From the human T2T-CHM13v2.0 reference genome, Homo sapiens, in assembly GCF_009914755.1 (NCBI RefSeq), contig NC_060927.1: a stretch of 64,000 nucleotides of DNA; one strand, given 5' to 3'. The position numbers and the translations under genes were made by a program. Positions 63,254 to 64,000 of the stretch are shown piece by piece; the first letter of the stretch is position 1; each line of letters starts with the position of its first letter. The notes under the pieces are model-generated. The model did not search any database. It was given only the letters and a program-made list of their open reading frames with translations, and was not told the DNA's origin.

Positions 63254-64000
63254 TTACATGTTCTTCAGGCAAAAGGTGGTTAACTAACACTCAAAGTCTC
63301 ATTGTGACCCTCCCTTCTGCTCCCTGCCCCAGCATTAGTAGCTGGGACCTCTCCACAGAAGCACAGATCCAAAGGCCACAGGGCCCCTCCCTGAGCACAG
63401 ACACTATGTCAGCCCAGCAGTCCACTCCTCCACCATAGGTCTGAGTTCAGCTCCACAAGGTCCCTCTTCCAATCTCCCACCTTTCAACAATTCTAGCCAC
63501 GTCTCTTTGTTCCTGCTTTGCACTTTGCTCCACATGAGGTGGGATCAATAAACTACCATCACTCAAAACTGGTTCGGATGTTGAAACTGATGACACTGCA
63601 GACACCAAGAGGTTATGAAAAAGTTTACTACTCACATGAGGCCTTCTAGGGAAAGCAAAGCGGGCACCCACGCCAGTCTGTTGGGCTTCAGTGAAAGGAC
63701 GAACAAGTGGCTCTGGTTTTTGTTGTGGTTATGAGAGCTCAGTGCATTTGACAGTCAGGGTTTGCACAGTTTGAACTTCCCCTCTGACGCAAAGAGGAAG
63801 TGGCTGGGCTTTCTTATCAGCTTGTCCAGATCCAGGCAAACTGAGGGGGAGAGCTTGAATGCTATTAGCAGACAAACGTCAAACATGGGGAGACTCTATT
63901 CTAGCTCCCCCAGTCCTGGGGTGGCAGCTGCTTAGCAGTTGCTACCTCCAAGACACCTTGGCATTTTCTTCTTGCCTTTTTAGCTACTTAAATATAGTAC

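Overview
Primate, most likely human, genomic DNA; I recognise it as the TCAIM-C3orf86-ZNF445 interval on chr3p21.31 (assigned from recalled protein sequences and gene order, not from a search). Bases 1-33.3 kb are AT-rich and packed with L1 and Alu. They hold the last six coding exons of TCAIM (+ strand; all GT-AG, phases chain in frame, about 306 C-terminal codons) and its 3' UTR. The sequence then turns GC-rich and carries what looks like a small cluster of decayed genes. (i) C3orf86 (- strand): its 101-aa ORF appears truncated by a frameshift. (ii) An inverted two-exon paralogue of C3orf86 at about 51.8-53.4 kb (+ strand): 18/42 ungapped N-terminal identities, the same exon layout, its own AATAAA, and also frameshifted. 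I do not recall it being annotated. (iii) A disabled two-exon gene at 42.8-44.6 kb (- strand) with a recognisable Myb/SANT-like DNA-binding domain, an in-frame splice junction and a canonical poly(A) site. The last 8.5 kb is a mosaic of ERVL, MER41, MLT2, Alu and L1PA2 that probably lies in the ZNF445 3' UTR (- strand). Transposon oddities include an Alu-split U6 retrocopy, a MER52 LTR inside an Alu, a MADE1 hairpin, an Alu with a 77-bp flank duplication and a chimeric three-arm Alu. Repeat subfamily names and boundaries are by-eye estimates.
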